From: a virus
Lineage: Duplodnaviria; Caudoviricetes
Direction: 5' to 3' (one strand)
Virus record (IMG/VR): IMGVR_UViG_3300027861_000039
Span: 1 to 55,138 of that record
DNA length: 55,138 nt
The notes under the pieces are model-generated. The model did not search any database. It was not told the origin of the DNA and saw only the letters and a list, made by a program, of their open reading frames with translations. Within the stretch, counting starts at the first letter, position 1, and each line of letters starts with the position of its first letter. The translations under genes were made by a program, and so were the position numbers. Below are positions 36,669 through 46,751 of this stretch, piece after piece.

Positions 36669-37189
36669 TTATGAAAAATTTTATTGCAAAACTATTTGGG
36701 CTACTTGGTTTAACTACTAAGTCTGATTTTGAAGCTCTACAAGCAAAAGTGCTTTTATTAGGAGATGAGAATCGATCTTTGAAAAAATCAAACGAAGAAT
36801 TTAATGTTAAGTTTCAGTCGCTTTCTGACTTAAGAAGCGATATGGCAACTTTATATTCAGAAGTTGCTGCTGATATTAAGCGAGTAGATGCTAAGATTGG
36901 TATGGTTAAGCCAATATTAAAGGTTGAAGACCCTGAAGCTGTTGATTTTATTAAGGAAATCCTATCAAGACACGATAAGCAAATTACCAACCAGGCGGCT
37001 GGTATTCAAACAAAAATATTACAACTCAATAGTGTTGAAGGTAAGGCTTTAGCTGCTATTCAGCAAGTGAAGATCGATTCTGCTAAGTTAAACAATATCC
37101 TTAACGGCTTAGGTCTAAATGACCCAAGCAGTGAAGAATTTAAAAACTTTAAAGACACTCTTAGTGGAAAGTCAGAAATAGTAGGATAG
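36665..37189 (+). CDS. Coiled-coil hypothetical protein
   Basis: Hydrophobic N-terminus, heptad pattern; between groEL and terL (start may be 36671). Confidence 0.6.
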   Translation: MIMKNFIAKLFGLLGLTTKSDFEALQAKVLLLGDENRSLKKSNEEFNVKFQSLSDLRSDMATLYSEVAADIKRVDAKIGMVKPILKVEDPEAVDFIKEILSRHDKQITNQAAGIQTKILQLNSVEGKALAAIQQVKIDSAKLNNILNGLGLNDPSSEEFKNFKDTLSGKSEIVG

Positions 37190-37190
37190 T

Positions 37191-39062
37191 ATGTCGTCCG
37201 AGTCAGAGGTAGAGTTTGAACATAAGTGTGACTACGTTTTAGAGCATCTCAATTCTGCTGAAGAGTTGAGGGATTGGATGTATGTTTATTTGGATTTATA
37301 TTTTCCAAATGGAATAGTCTATCCAACTTCAACGCACGGTCCAGTTGAGGCTATGTGGCGAATATATGAGCTAATGAAGACAGGTAAGAGTGAAGACATC
37401 CCTCAAGCCTGTATGTTAGCCTCTCGAGACTCTTTCAAAACCCTTGGTGCAGCCGCACTAGAAATCCTTTGTATGCTTCATTTTCGTATTAGCGTTGCTC
37501 ATATGGCTGCGATTAGTTCACAGTCAGATAAGGCTATTCAGTACGTAAACGCAATGTTTCGTAAGCTGAGACCTTATTTGAATGCTAACGGTTGGAAGCA
37601 GTCTTCAGACAATAAAAAGATGATTGCCTGGCTGACTGATGACCTACAAGAGGTTTATATTCGTATCGTTATTGCTACTATTGCTGGCGCTAACTCAGAG
37701 CACGTTCCAATGTTGTTTATTGACGAAGTTGACGTTGTTCAAGACCCTAGAGCTTTGAAAGAAGCTAAAATGATTCCTTCAGTCTTTGGTAAGTGGTTTC
37801 CTTTAACAGTATATTTATCAACACGTAAGTTTGCCGGCGGTTTAATGGAAAAAACCCTAAAGCAAACTATTCAAGCGAATGGTGAGATATTACGTTGGAA
37901 TATTTTGGACGTTACTGAGAGAATCTCTCATGACGTTGCTAAGGTTGATGAGCCAAAACTAGTTAGATACATTTCTAGAGAACTTCCAATGGAAACTCTT
38001 ATGGAAAGCGACTGGCAAGTGTTGCCAGATGAAATTAAGCTAAAATATGAAAAATTCTTAGCATACGCTGGTATTGCAGATCACCCTTTACTTCCAGTTA
38101 TGAGGAATTATTTAGTAGATAGACCTCAAGAAGATCACGGCGGCTTGTTTAAAAAGCTATCAGCTACGTTAAACAACTTTCGTCAGATTGATTCTGATAT
38201 GGCTGACGCTCAGCTTTTATGTAATAAACCATCCTCAAGCGGCTTAGTTTATCCTAGGTTTGATGAGGTTAGAAATATTTTAAGCGTTCAACAGGCTTGG
38301 GAAAGAATATCAGGGTTAGATACTCCCTGTGATTTTAACAATTTAAGACAATACTTACTTGATCTTGGTACTGAATTTATCGGCGGCGGCGACTGGGGTT
38401 TTACAGACTACACCTCTCTAGTGGTTTTAGCTCTTTTGCCTGGCGGTGAAGTATGGCATATGGAAACTTTTGCTATGCAAGGCTTAGAGGTTGATGATAT
38501 TGCAAAATACGGGGCTGAGCTACAAGATACTTGGCGAGTATCTAGATGGTACGTTGACCAAAACTACCCTTCTTATATTAAGACTTTAAAAAGAAAAGCC
38601 AGTATGAGATGTCCTAAATTTACAAAAGACGTAGCCGCTGGAATTTCAGCTTTACAGGGTAAATGCGTAAACTCAACAAATATTAGAAAATACTACGTTT
38701 TAGACGTTCCGAACAATCATCAAGTAAAAGAAGCGTTTGGAGAGTATCGCTGGAAAATAGACGGAAAAGGTGAAATTATAGAAGGCGTTCCTTTTCACGA
38801 TAAAGACGGAGTTTCGGATATTATGGACTCTATTAGATATCCGTTTCAAAACCTCTTTAGTAAAGGCGCTAAACCGACTTTTGGAGTTGCCGGCGCTGAG
38901 ACTCATGACAAGCAAAGGACGTTAATTGCTGAAGCTAAGGATTTAACTGAAATCGCCAAAAACGTCAACCAAGACCTTATGAGGCAAAAAATCGGTAGTC
39001 TAGCTACTAGCAAAGCTCCTAGTTCGCCCAAAAGTAAGGCGAAGAAGAAGATTTTGTGGTAA
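37191..39062 (+). CDS. terL: Terminase large subunit
   Basis: ASRDSFKT (Walker A variant), LFIDEVD, GGGDWGFTD and DIMDSIRY nuclease motifs. Confidence 0.88.
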   Translation: MSSESEVEFEHKCDYVLEHLNSAEELRDWMYVYLDLYFPNGIVYPTSTHGPVEAMWRIYELMKTGKSEDIPQACMLASRDSFKTLGAAALEILCMLHFRISVAHMAAISSQSDKAIQYVNAMFRKLRPYLNANGWKQSSDNKKMIAWLTDDLQEVYIRIVIATIAGANSEHVPMLFIDEVDVVQDPRALKEAKMIPSVFGKWFPLTVYLSTRKFAGGLMEKTLKQTIQANGEILRWNILDVTERISHDVAKVDEPKLVRYISRELPMETLMESDWQVLPDEIKLKYEKFLAYAGIADHPLLPVMRNYLVDRPQEDHGGLFKKLSATLNNFRQIDSDMADAQLLCNKPSSSGLVYPRFDEVRNILSVQQAWERISGLDTPCDFNNLRQYLLDLGTEFIGGGDWGFTDYTSLVVLALLPGGEVWHMETFAMQGLEVDDIAKYGAELQDTWRVSRWYVDQNYPSYIKTLKRKASMRCPKFTKDVAAGISALQGKCVNSTNIRKYYVLDVPNNHQVKEAFGEYRWKIDGKGEIIEGVPFHDKDGVSDIMDSIRYPFQNLFSKGAKPTFGVAGAETHDKQRTLIAEAKDLTEIAKNVNQDLMRQKIGSLATSKAPSSPKSKAKKKILW

Positions 39063-39109
39063 AACGGCGCAAAAACGGCGTCTTAACCCTTAATCTGACG
39101 AAAAAAAGA

Positions 39110-39118
39110 CAATCTTTA
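39110..39118 (+). promoter_or_regulatory. CAATCTTTA putative late promoter of portal unit
   Basis: Exact motif on + strand upstream of 39146. Confidence 0.7.
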
Positions 39119-39145
39119 TAGAATACATACCTAATCGGAGAAAAC

Positions 39146-40099
39146 ATGTCAAGTTCCAAAATGAATTTATTACAACATTTAGCTATTTATCAAGACACAA
39201 ACGCTTCCAGTAACCCTAGTAAAAATCTTACAAAATGGACGTTTGACGAGCAAGGCTTAGACGTTGGAGAGGCTGAATCTAAATCAATCACACTACCGGC
39301 TGGGGAGACTTTAAGTCTATTTTCTGGGGCGGTGACTGTATCTGACGACGGAACTACAACCTACGATATTGCGCTAAAAGCAGGTACTGCTAATACTTAT
39401 ACGATCAGTCATAATGGCGGTACTGCTCCAGCCTTTAGAGCTGCTAGAACTGAAGGCGCTGACGCCACAACCGAAGTAACGGTTACTAAAAACGGACCTA
39501 TATTAACATTCACCTCTACTGGAGGAACTGTTTTTAATCTTATTGCTGGAGGAGTTATTGTTGGTGACGACGTTAGGATTGGAGCTGGTTTTGATACGCT
39601 AAATCAAGGAAAGTTCAAAATATTGGCACTGACAGCTACCAGCTTTCAAGTCGAAAACGACGCAGGACAGGCTGAAGGTCCAATAACCTTGGGAGCATCT
39701 TTTGCTACCGTTGTTCAGGTATTCTCAGCCGCTGGAGTTCAAGTTGATGATAAGGCTAAGTTGACTGGCGGTTTTTCTTCTTTAACTTTAGGTACTTATC
39801 TAATTACAGACGTTAATCCAGACTATATTGAAATTTACAGCATTAAAAGCCTACCTGCAGAGACTGCGGTTACTACTCAACTGACGATTTACAATAGCTC
39901 GAAACAATTCATCTACGTTGAGACTGATAAAAAACTCTCAGTAATTATCGATAGTGTTTCTATAGGAAATATCGAACAGCTAAGCGCTGGAACGGCTCTT
40001 AAAAAAGGGCTTCTTATGAAAAGCGGTGAGATGTTTCAAGCCTCTTTAACGAATGAGTCTAAAGATTCAGCGTGTATTTTCTACGTAACAGCGGAATAA
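39146..40099 (+). CDS. Putative virion structural protein
   Basis: 317 aa Thr/Gly-rich beta protein between terL and portal. Confidence 0.6.
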   Translation: MSSSKMNLLQHLAIYQDTNASSNPSKNLTKWTFDEQGLDVGEAESKSITLPAGETLSLFSGAVTVSDDGTTTYDIALKAGTANTYTISHNGGTAPAFRAARTEGADATTEVTVTKNGPILTFTSTGGTVFNLIAGGVIVGDDVRIGAGFDTLNQGKFKILALTATSFQVENDAGQAEGPITLGASFATVVQVFSAAGVQVDDKAKLTGGFSSLTLGTYLITDVNPDYIEIYSIKSLPAETAVTTQLTIYNSSKQFIYVETDKKLSVIIDSVSIGNIEQLSAGTALKKGLLMKSGEMFQASLTNESKDSACIFYVTAE

Positions 40100-40102
40100 T
40101 CT

Positions 40103-41902
40103 ATGAGCGATGATAAAGATAAAAAAGGTATAATTCTTGATAATGTCAATCCTACGCCTCAAGATATTCAGGATAGTTTTAATACAGCTATATTGAAGAA
40201 CGCCGGAGGCGGTCACATATCAGAACTAGTTCAGCACGCTATGGGTTCTGCCAACAAAAGGCGTAAAATCCCAAGACTAGCTCTTACGGAAAACCCTCTT
40301 CATAAAGATCACTACGCCGGAGTTTATAAGCTAAAAAGAAAGCTCCTACCTGATAGTGTTATTAAGACTATCCGTACTAGCAATTTACTAGTTGCTGCGA
40401 TTCTACGTGCCCGAGGTAATTCTATCTCAATGTTTGGTCATATTAGAAAAGATCGACATGATTTAGGAATTGATGTTATATTAAAAGAAGAGTTTACCAA
40501 AGTTATCGAACCAGAGCAAATGGTTAAAATCCAAGAGCGTATTGATCGTACCTTAAAGATTTTAGTTAACTGTGGATATACCGAAGATTTAGAAGAAAGA
40601 GAAAAAACTACCTTACCTGAGTTTATGGACGTTCAAACTCGAAACGCACTGTCTTTTGGTAGGTTTGCTACTGAGATTATCTATTCTGACGATGATAATA
40701 AAGAATTTCACCGTTTTAGAGCCACAGATGCTGGTACGATATATCCTTCTGTAAAGGAAGGTGAGGCTGCAGAGTCTGTTCGTAGAAGTTCAATTAAACT
40801 AATCCAAGACATGACTGGCGTTAAGATTGATACAGATATATTAGAAAAAGATCAATACGATTGGATTCAAGTTGTTGAAGGCTTCCCAAGACAGGCTTTT
40901 ACTCCTGAAGAGTTGATTGTTTACAACATGTATCCTTCAACCGACGTTGAGCATAACGGTTTTCCAGTAACGCCTTTAGATACAGTTATTAATGCAGTTA
41001 CAACTCACACATCTATTGAAGTTTATAATAAATTATATTTTCAAAACGGTAGAGCTGCTAAGGGTATGCTTGTTATTCAATCAGACGAGATTGATCAGTC
41101 CGTTATTGACGACGTTAAGCAACAGTTTAATGCTTCTATTAACAATGTTGAGAATTCATTTAGAGTACCTATATTTGGCGTATCTAAAGAAGATAACGTT
41201 GAATGGATAGATACTGTTGCTAACAAGAAAGACGGTGAGTTTGAATACTTATTTGACCAAACCACTAGAAATATCTTATCGGCGTTTAATATGTCTCCAG
41301 ACGAACTGCCTGGATTTACCCACCTATCTCGTGGTACTAACCAACAGGCTTTATCAGAGGCTAACAATGAGTGGAAACTAACAGCCGCTCGAGATACAGG
41401 TATTAGACCTTTAATTAACCACTGGGAAAACTTTTTAAATAATAAAATCTTTCCTCTAATTGACCCAGAACTGTCTCAACTATGTGACGTTGTTTTAGCA
41501 GGTTTTGACGCTGAAACTAGAGAAAAAGAAGGTCAACGTATCCAAACAGATATGCCAATTCACATGAATTATGATGATGTTTTGGAAGAGGTTGATAAAG
41601 AACAGGTTGGACCGTCAATAAGCGGTACTATACCTTTTAATGAGTTTTATAGGGCTGCTATAGATACCTACAATACTGTAGGAGAAGTTGAAAGTACTTT
41701 TCTAGACAATCCTGGCGCTATAATGGACCCAATGCTACAATATAAAAGAGATCAATTCTTTTTTCAATGGGTAGAATTATTGGCTGAATATAACCCAAAT
41801 GCTCTACAGGCTTATTTTGCCGGTATGGACGGTGAATCTAAAAAAGAAATTATGGATATGTATTTACAAGACTACCTTGAAGAAAACGACGTTAATAATT
41901 AA
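40103..41902 (+). CDS. Portal protein
   Basis: DAGTI, YNKLYFQNG.AAKGML, DGEFE, AFNMSPDEL, G.RPL motifs. Confidence 0.88.
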   Translation: MSDDKDKKGIILDNVNPTPQDIQDSFNTAILKNAGGGHISELVQHAMGSANKRRKIPRLALTENPLHKDHYAGVYKLKRKLLPDSVIKTIRTSNLLVAAILRARGNSISMFGHIRKDRHDLGIDVILKEEFTKVIEPEQMVKIQERIDRTLKILVNCGYTEDLEEREKTTLPEFMDVQTRNALSFGRFATEIIYSDDDNKEFHRFRATDAGTIYPSVKEGEAAESVRRSSIKLIQDMTGVKIDTDILEKDQYDWIQVVEGFPRQAFTPEELIVYNMYPSTDVEHNGFPVTPLDTVINAVTTHTSIEVYNKLYFQNGRAAKGMLVIQSDEIDQSVIDDVKQQFNASINNVENSFRVPIFGVSKEDNVEWIDTVANKKDGEFEYLFDQTTRNILSAFNMSPDELPGFTHLSRGTNQQALSEANNEWKLTAARDTGIRPLINHWENFLNNKIFPLIDPELSQLCDVVLAGFDAETREKEGQRIQTDMPIHMNYDDVLEEVDKEQVGPSISGTIPFNEFYRAAIDTYNTVGEVESTFLDNPGAIMDPMLQYKRDQFFFQWVELLAEYNPNALQAYFAGMDGESKKEIMDMYLQDYLEENDVNN

Positions 41903-41915
41903 ATAGGAGAATGTT

Positions 41916-42491
41916 GTGGCAATTGACTACAAACAAAAATACCAAAGCTTAAGATCAAAATTTGCAAAAGAAACTGACAGGTATTTTAGAACTGGCTATG
42001 AAGCTGGAATGAAAGAAGGGCAAATGCAAGCCCAGCAAGAGCAAATGGAAATGCAGCGTCAACAAGAGATGATGCAGCAAGGGATTGACCCAGAAACAGG
42101 TCAACCAATGCAAGGCGGCGTGGACCCACAAACAGGTGAGCCAATTCCAGGTGGAGAGCAAGCTCCTATGGAAGAAGGTCAAGCTCCTATGGAAGAAGGA
42201 ATTGATGAAGGTCAAGGTAGTGAGCTTGATCAGCATATTAATGAGCTTGAAAGTTTAGTCTCAAAAGGTAGCAAGCCTAAAGTAACCGATCTTAGAAAAG
42301 CTATTGATAATTTAACCAATTTAAGAAAAACGCAAAAACAACTTAAATCTAACCATAAAGAAGTCGTTGTTTCTAAGCAAAAAGATTTTGTAGACGGTAT
42401 TATGAAAAAATGGGAAAAAGAGGCTAACGACAAATCAGTAACTAGCAATCTAGAAGAAATTATAGCTTCTGAAGGAATTGAAATAAAATAA
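41916..42491 (+). CDS. Q/G/P-rich putative head protein
   Basis: DP.TG.P and QAPMEEG repeats; VSKG and LRKA motifs; follows portal. Confidence 0.6.
   Translation: MAIDYKQKYQSLRSKFAKETDRYFRTGYEAGMKEGQMQAQQEQMEMQRQQEMMQQGIDPETGQPMQGGVDPQTGEPIPGGEQAPMEEGQAPMEEGIDEGQGSELDQHINELESLVSKGSKPKVTDLRKAIDNLTNLRKTQKQLKSNHKEVVVSKQKDFVDGIMKKWEKEANDKSVTSNLEEIIASEGIEIK
42159..42199 (+). repeat. In-frame tandem repeat (21 nt period)
   Basis: CAAGCTCCTATGGAAGAAGG twice. Confidence 0.8.
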
Positions 42492-44395
42492 TGCATGGCT
42501 TATCTCTTGACGCTGTAGATGCGATTGAAAAAATAGTATCTAGACGATTTGATGTGATTGGAATGCATTTTTTAGGCTTAGTACCAAAAATCAAGGGTAC
42601 TAAAAAAATCACCTTCGCAACTTCTCGTAACAGTCTTACATCTTTATTTCTCCAAGCTTTGGGTACTCGTGACCCTAATAAAGAAGAGGAGGATACTCTT
42701 AAGGTTTTACTTAGGATTGCAAACATGTATGTGGATGCTTTAAAAGAGCGCACTCAAGCTAGAATAGTTCAAAACGTAAACGCCTATATTTTTGACCAAA
42801 ACAATAAAGGTAAGCCTATCGATACTGATGAGACTACTAAAATTTTCAGAAAAGAGATGGATAAGGCTGGAAAGCACTTTAATATGATCGCAAATACAGA
42901 GTCTAATAAAACTACAAACGTAGGTACTGCCTTGCAAATTGCCAAAATCGGTGAGACTAATAATGAGGAAGACCCTACAGTATTTTTCGTAGTTACTAAA
43001 GATGATGTTACTGGTTTTTATGAATATATCCTACACACACTACCAGATAAGATGACTCCAAGGCTTTGGAAGTTGTCTGAAATTAGCCATGAGTATTATA
43101 AAAATGGTAATCAATATCCCAGCATGTCTGGATTACATCCGAACTGTTTTGTGGGTAATGAAGGTGTTAATATATTGACCGAAGAAAGCGGATACAAAAA
43201 CATAAAAGATATTAAAATAGGAGATAGGGTATTAACACATACTGGCAAATTTAAAAAAGTGTTAAACAACTTAAACTGGTACAATAAAAAATATTATGGT
43301 AAGTTTGTAAAAATAAAATATAATACAATGAAAAGAGACGGTTTGGAAACGATTACGTTAAGAGTTACTCCAGATCATAAATTTTTAACCAATAGAGGGT
43401 GGGTAGAAGCTAAGGACTTAAAAACTACAGATAAGTTTCAACATTTAATGACTAAGTGTGGAACTTGTAATTCTAAAACATACGTAAGACCTAAAAGAAA
43501 CTTTAAGGACGGTTTGGAAGGCTACTTTTGCAGTAAATCATGTAAGGCAAAATATCAATGGTCTTTAAAATCTCACAGAAATAATGTGTCTAAGAAGAAT
43601 AGTGATTTTATGAAAGATAAGTGGAAAAACCCCACTCAAGAGATGCTGGATAAGGTTAAAAAAATGAATCTAGCTACTCAAAAACTTATCGATGAAGGAG
43701 AGTTTTGGGCGCAAAAACCTGAAAACTTAGAAATACTGCAAAAAAATATAGCCAAAATAAATCAAGTATTGCAGAAAAACAAAACATCTATGGAAGAAAA
43801 AGAAGTATTTGATAAGGTTAAAAGTATTTTTCCAACAGCTATACCGCAACATTTATTAGAAAAATGGTGCGTCGATATTTATATTCCAGAGTTAGGAGTT
43901 AATATAGAGTATGACGGCGGCGGTCACTATTTACCTGTTTACACTAAAAAATATACTATGGAATCTTTTCTAGCCAAACAAGAAGGTAGAGATAATTATT
44001 TACAAAAATGTGGACATCACGTTATTAGATATTCTTCAATACCTTCCGAAGACCAGATCAAAGAAGATGTAATGAGAGTTTCTAAAAACCATAATTCTGA
44101 ATATTTCTTTGAAGACTATGATATTTTATCTGTAGAAACAGTTAAAAACGGCAAATGCGGATACAGATTGTACGATTTAACCGTAGAAGATGATGAATCT
44201 TTCGTTGTTAATGGAGTTGTATCTCACAATTGTAGATGTAAACTTACCTATATGTCTAAGGGTTTTACCTTCAATCAAGAAGGAAAAGCTACTTGGAAAA
44301 CTACTGGATGGGATGAGTTAGCATATCAGAGAAAAACCTATGGTTTACCTAAGGTTCCTAAAAAGCCTGGGAAAAGAACTAAAAAAAGTTCTTGA
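42491..44395 (+). CDS. MuF/gp7-like head morphogenesis protein with intein
   Basis: IANTE motif; LHPN|CRC reconstituted after splicing. Confidence 0.8.
   Translation: MHGLSLDAVDAIEKIVSRRFDVIGMHFLGLVPKIKGTKKITFATSRNSLTSLFLQALGTRDPNKEEEDTLKVLLRIANMYVDALKERTQARIVQNVNAYIFDQNNKGKPIDTDETTKIFRKEMDKAGKHFNMIANTESNKTTNVGTALQIAKIGETNNEEDPTVFFVVTKDDVTGFYEYILHTLPDKMTPRLWKLSEISHEYYKNGNQYPSMSGLHPNCFVGNEGVNILTEESGYKNIKDIKIGDRVLTHTGKFKKVLNNLNWYNKKYYGKFVKIKYNTMKRDGLETITLRVTPDHKFLTNRGWVEAKDLKTTDKFQHLMTKCGTCNSKTYVRPKRNFKDGLEGYFCSKSCKAKYQWSLKSHRNNVSKKNSDFMKDKWKNPTQEMLDKVKKMNLATQKLIDEGEFWAQKPENLEILQKNIAKINQVLQKNKTSMEEKEVFDKVKSIFPTAIPQHLLEKWCVDIYIPELGVNIEYDGGGHYLPVYTKKYTMESFLAKQEGRDNYLQKCGHHVIRYSSIPSEDQIKEDVMRVSKNHNSEYFFEDYDILSVETVKNGKCGYRLYDLTVEDDESFVVNGVVSHNCRCKLTYMSKGFTFNQEGKATWKTTGWDELAYQRKTYGLPKVPKKPGKRTKKSS
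43145..44230 (+). mobile_element. Intein (362 aa) with DUF559/Vsr-like endonuclease
   Basis: N-terminal CFVG..IKIGDRVLTHTG, block B VTPDHKF, block F LYDLTVED, C-terminal VSHN/C; VDIYIPE..IEYDG..H..RD..L..G..VIR. Confidence 0.9.
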
Positions 44396-44420
44396 CTTTA
44401 TTTTGAAAATAGATTAATGT
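44392..44420 (+). promoter_or_regulatory. Possible sigma70-type promoter
   Basis: TTGACT-N17-TAATGT with A-tract upstream. Confidence 0.5.
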
Positions 44421-44453
44421 ATTGTTATAAGTGTGGCAGCTTGTAGTAAGACT

Positions 44454-44515
44454 AAAGAGCTAATAAGTAGGTATGCGGTGCAACGTTACAATCCGACTAT
44501 TAGCTCTTTTTTTTT
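44454..44515 (+). terminator. Long-loop hairpin plus U-tract (terminator or attenuator)
   Basis: AAAGAGCTAATA-N32-TATTAGCTCTTT then further Ts. Confidence 0.55.
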
Positions 44516-44530
44516 AATTCAGGAGGATAA

Positions 44531-44845
44531 ATGCAACTCAAGAAACTAAAGAACATGAAACACACCCAGATAAGAGCTATGGAGCGCTACGGCGTCTATT
44601 TATCTACTGAAGATTTAGACGGTCTAATGAACAGAATCCACGCCGGCGACGCCGACTATATAGGCATGGGTGATTTTGGAACAAACACCTCAATATGGTG
44701 TATTGAGCACGAAAGTCAGAAACTTTACCCATTAATTCACTTTGAAGAAAAATATATTTTGACTTTTCTAACAAAAGCAATGACTTACAGGACTGTAAAA
44801 ACCAATAAAAAGCTTGCACAGAAACGCAAGCTCATGTATAGTTAA
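44531..44845 (+). CDS. Hypothetical protein
   Basis: AGGAGG SD; HTQIRAMERYG. Confidence 0.7.
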   Translation: MQLKKLKNMKHTQIRAMERYGVYLSTEDLDGLMNRIHAGDADYIGMGDFGTNTSIWCIEHESQKLYPLIHFEEKYILTFLTKAMTYRTVKTNKKLAQKRKLMYS

Positions 44846-44848
44846 AGT

Positions 44849-45934
44849 ATGAGAAAGCTTATCGACAAATATTCGTATCAACCCAAAGCAGCTAAAGCGG
44901 TACTAAACATGGCTTTAAACCCAAATTTTATCGCTGCAGTGCTTGGTGCGGCTCCTGGTTCTGGTAAGTCCACAATTCTAATACACGCTCTTAATGAGTA
45001 TTTTGAGCGGTATCCAGATGCGAGGGCAGTTATTCTTACCCATAATCAGAACATTTTGAAGGACCAAATGATTGAGAATTTTGAGAACCCAAACGTTGAG
45101 ATTAAATTTACATTCGGCGTTTTTGGTTCTAACTCTCAAGTTGAAATTGGTATTCCTTCAAATTCATCTAAATTATCTAAGATGGATTTACTAGTAGCTG
45201 ATGAAGCCCATCAGTATTACTGGGAGCCTATGGTTGATGCGATTGTCGATGAGTTCTCTCCTACTCATCAAATTTTAATGACTGGCTCTCCGTCATTTTT
45301 CGTTAAATATAACAAATTAGTAGATAAATCTCGAAAAACTCACCGTAAGTTCGGCATACATTTTATTGCCGCCGGCGATCTTATGAACGGCGTTTTCTCT
45401 CCAATCGATCTTGACGTAGTAAGGTATGATGGAAGAACTCTGATTGACAAAATCAAAGCCATATTTAAAAAAGCTAAAACTGAAAAATACAACATGTCTA
45501 AAGTAATGTGGGCTTGTAAAAACATAAAAGAAGCGAAAGCGACTGCTTACTATCTTCAGACAGAGTTTGGTCTTAATGTTTTTATCTCAACCTCACAAAA
45601 CGATAAAGACAACGTAGCAATAAATTCTTTTAAAAAATGTAAAAATGGAGTTTTACTAGTGGTGAATAAGGGGATATTAGGTTTTTCTGACAATACTATT
45701 ACTTCTGTTGTAGATTTTAAGTGTTCTAAGGATTTAGACACTAGAAATCAATTCTTTTCTCGTGGACTTCGTGTTCACCCTGAAGGTATTAGAAAAGCCT
45801 ATATTTCCGTTTCAAACACTAAAAATTGGAATAAGGAAGGTCAAATTTTACATCAAACAGTATCTCTAATGGACCCTGAAGTATTTAGAAACTATGACGG
45901 TACTCCACTTAAGAATAGTATGAGGGCGGCGTAA
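44849..45934 (+). CDS. SF2 helicase/ATPase (DEAH)
   Basis: APGSGKST, LVADEAHQ, MTGSP, Q...RGLR. Confidence 0.8.
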   Translation: MRKLIDKYSYQPKAAKAVLNMALNPNFIAAVLGAAPGSGKSTILIHALNEYFERYPDARAVILTHNQNILKDQMIENFENPNVEIKFTFGVFGSNSQVEIGIPSNSSKLSKMDLLVADEAHQYYWEPMVDAIVDEFSPTHQILMTGSPSFFVKYNKLVDKSRKTHRKFGIHFIAAGDLMNGVFSPIDLDVVRYDGRTLIDKIKAIFKKAKTEKYNMSKVMWACKNIKEAKATAYYLQTEFGLNVFISTSQNDKDNVAINSFKKCKNGVLLVVNKGILGFSDNTITSVVDFKCSKDLDTRNQFFSRGLRVHPEGIRKAYISVSNTKNWNKEGQILHQTVSLMDPEVFRNYDGTPLKNSMRAA

Positions 45935-46260
45935 TGAGTAAGTATGATAAAAAAATAATGGATATTGTTGTTGACGGCGTTAAAAAAGGCGAACTAATTA
46001 AAAAAAGAACAGCCGAAGAATACTCTAAAGAACATTGGGAGCTAGCACGAATTAAAAGACTGTTTTACCAATCTATAGAGAGTTGTAAAAACAAATTCAA
46101 AACACCTATATTTGAAAGTAAGTGGGAGAGAAAAGGTTTGTACTACTACAAGACTAAAAAACGCCAAATAATAGAAAACGGTATGTTTGTTACTGTATAT
46201 AGTAAACTATTTTGCATCACTTATTGGTTTTTGAAAAGGCTTCATCCAGGGAAGTATTGA
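45934..46260 (+). CDS. Hypothetical protein
   Basis: 108 aa, TAATG-coupled. Confidence 0.6.
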   Translation: MSKYDKKIMDIVVDGVKKGELIKKRTAEEYSKEHWELARIKRLFYQSIESCKNKFKTPIFESKWERKGLYYYKTKKRQIIENGMFVTVYSKLFCITYWFLKRLHPGKY

Positions 46261-46433
46261 TGAAAAATATAAAACTTGCCATGAAAGATATTGAGCAGAA
46301 AATAGAAATGCTTACCGAAGCTTTGGAAGAGGGTGTTATACCTACCACACTTCTTACTAAGAATGAAGGTATCATAGAAGGGTATGTGAATTCATGGTTA
46401 ATATTAGAAGCTATATTAGATAAAAGGCGTTAA
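46260..46433 (+). CDS. Small hypothetical protein
   Basis: TGATG-coupled start MKNIKLAMKD. Confidence 0.55.
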   Translation: MKNIKLAMKDIEQKIEMLTEALEEGVIPTTLLTKNEGIIEGYVNSWLILEAILDKRR

Positions 46434-46434
46434 A

Positions 46435-46617
46435 ATGAAATATCAAAGAGACCCTCTCCTATGGAAGGCGATATGTTTTCACGCCGACAATATGGAAGCT
46501 TTCAAACTAAAGAAGCTATGGACTTATCTAAGATATAAGCATGAGCAAGAAAATGAAGAACAAATTGAAAGATTTAAAAACTATCAAGAAGAAATTAAAG
46601 AATTAATTAAGGAGTAG
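46435..46617 (+). CDS. Small hypothetical protein
   Basis: 60 aa ORF in tight operon. Confidence 0.55.
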   Translation: MKYQRDPLLWKAICFHADNMEAFKLKKLWTYLRYKHEQENEEQIERFKNYQEEIKELIKE

Positions 46618-46619
46618 TA

Positions 46620-46751
46620 GTGCCAATATATGACGAAAATGATAAATTCTTAGGCGTAACTTATGAAGGTAGAATGTTTAATCCAACAAAATTTCGTTGG
46701 GAACTTATAACGTACTATACAGCTTTATCTAAAGATTATTTTAAGGCTTAA
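46620..46751 (+). CDS. 43 aa hypothetical protein
   Basis: Not in track. AGGAG then GTG; MPIYDENDKFLG...*. Confidence 0.45.
   Translation: MPIYDENDKFLGVTYEGRMFNPTKFRWELITYYTALSKDYFKA

Noticed and set aside
36665-37189. Terminase small subunit call for the gene before terL
   Set aside because: Only position supports it; coiled-coil with hydrophobic N-terminus and no visible HTH, while 53381-54055 fits somewhat better
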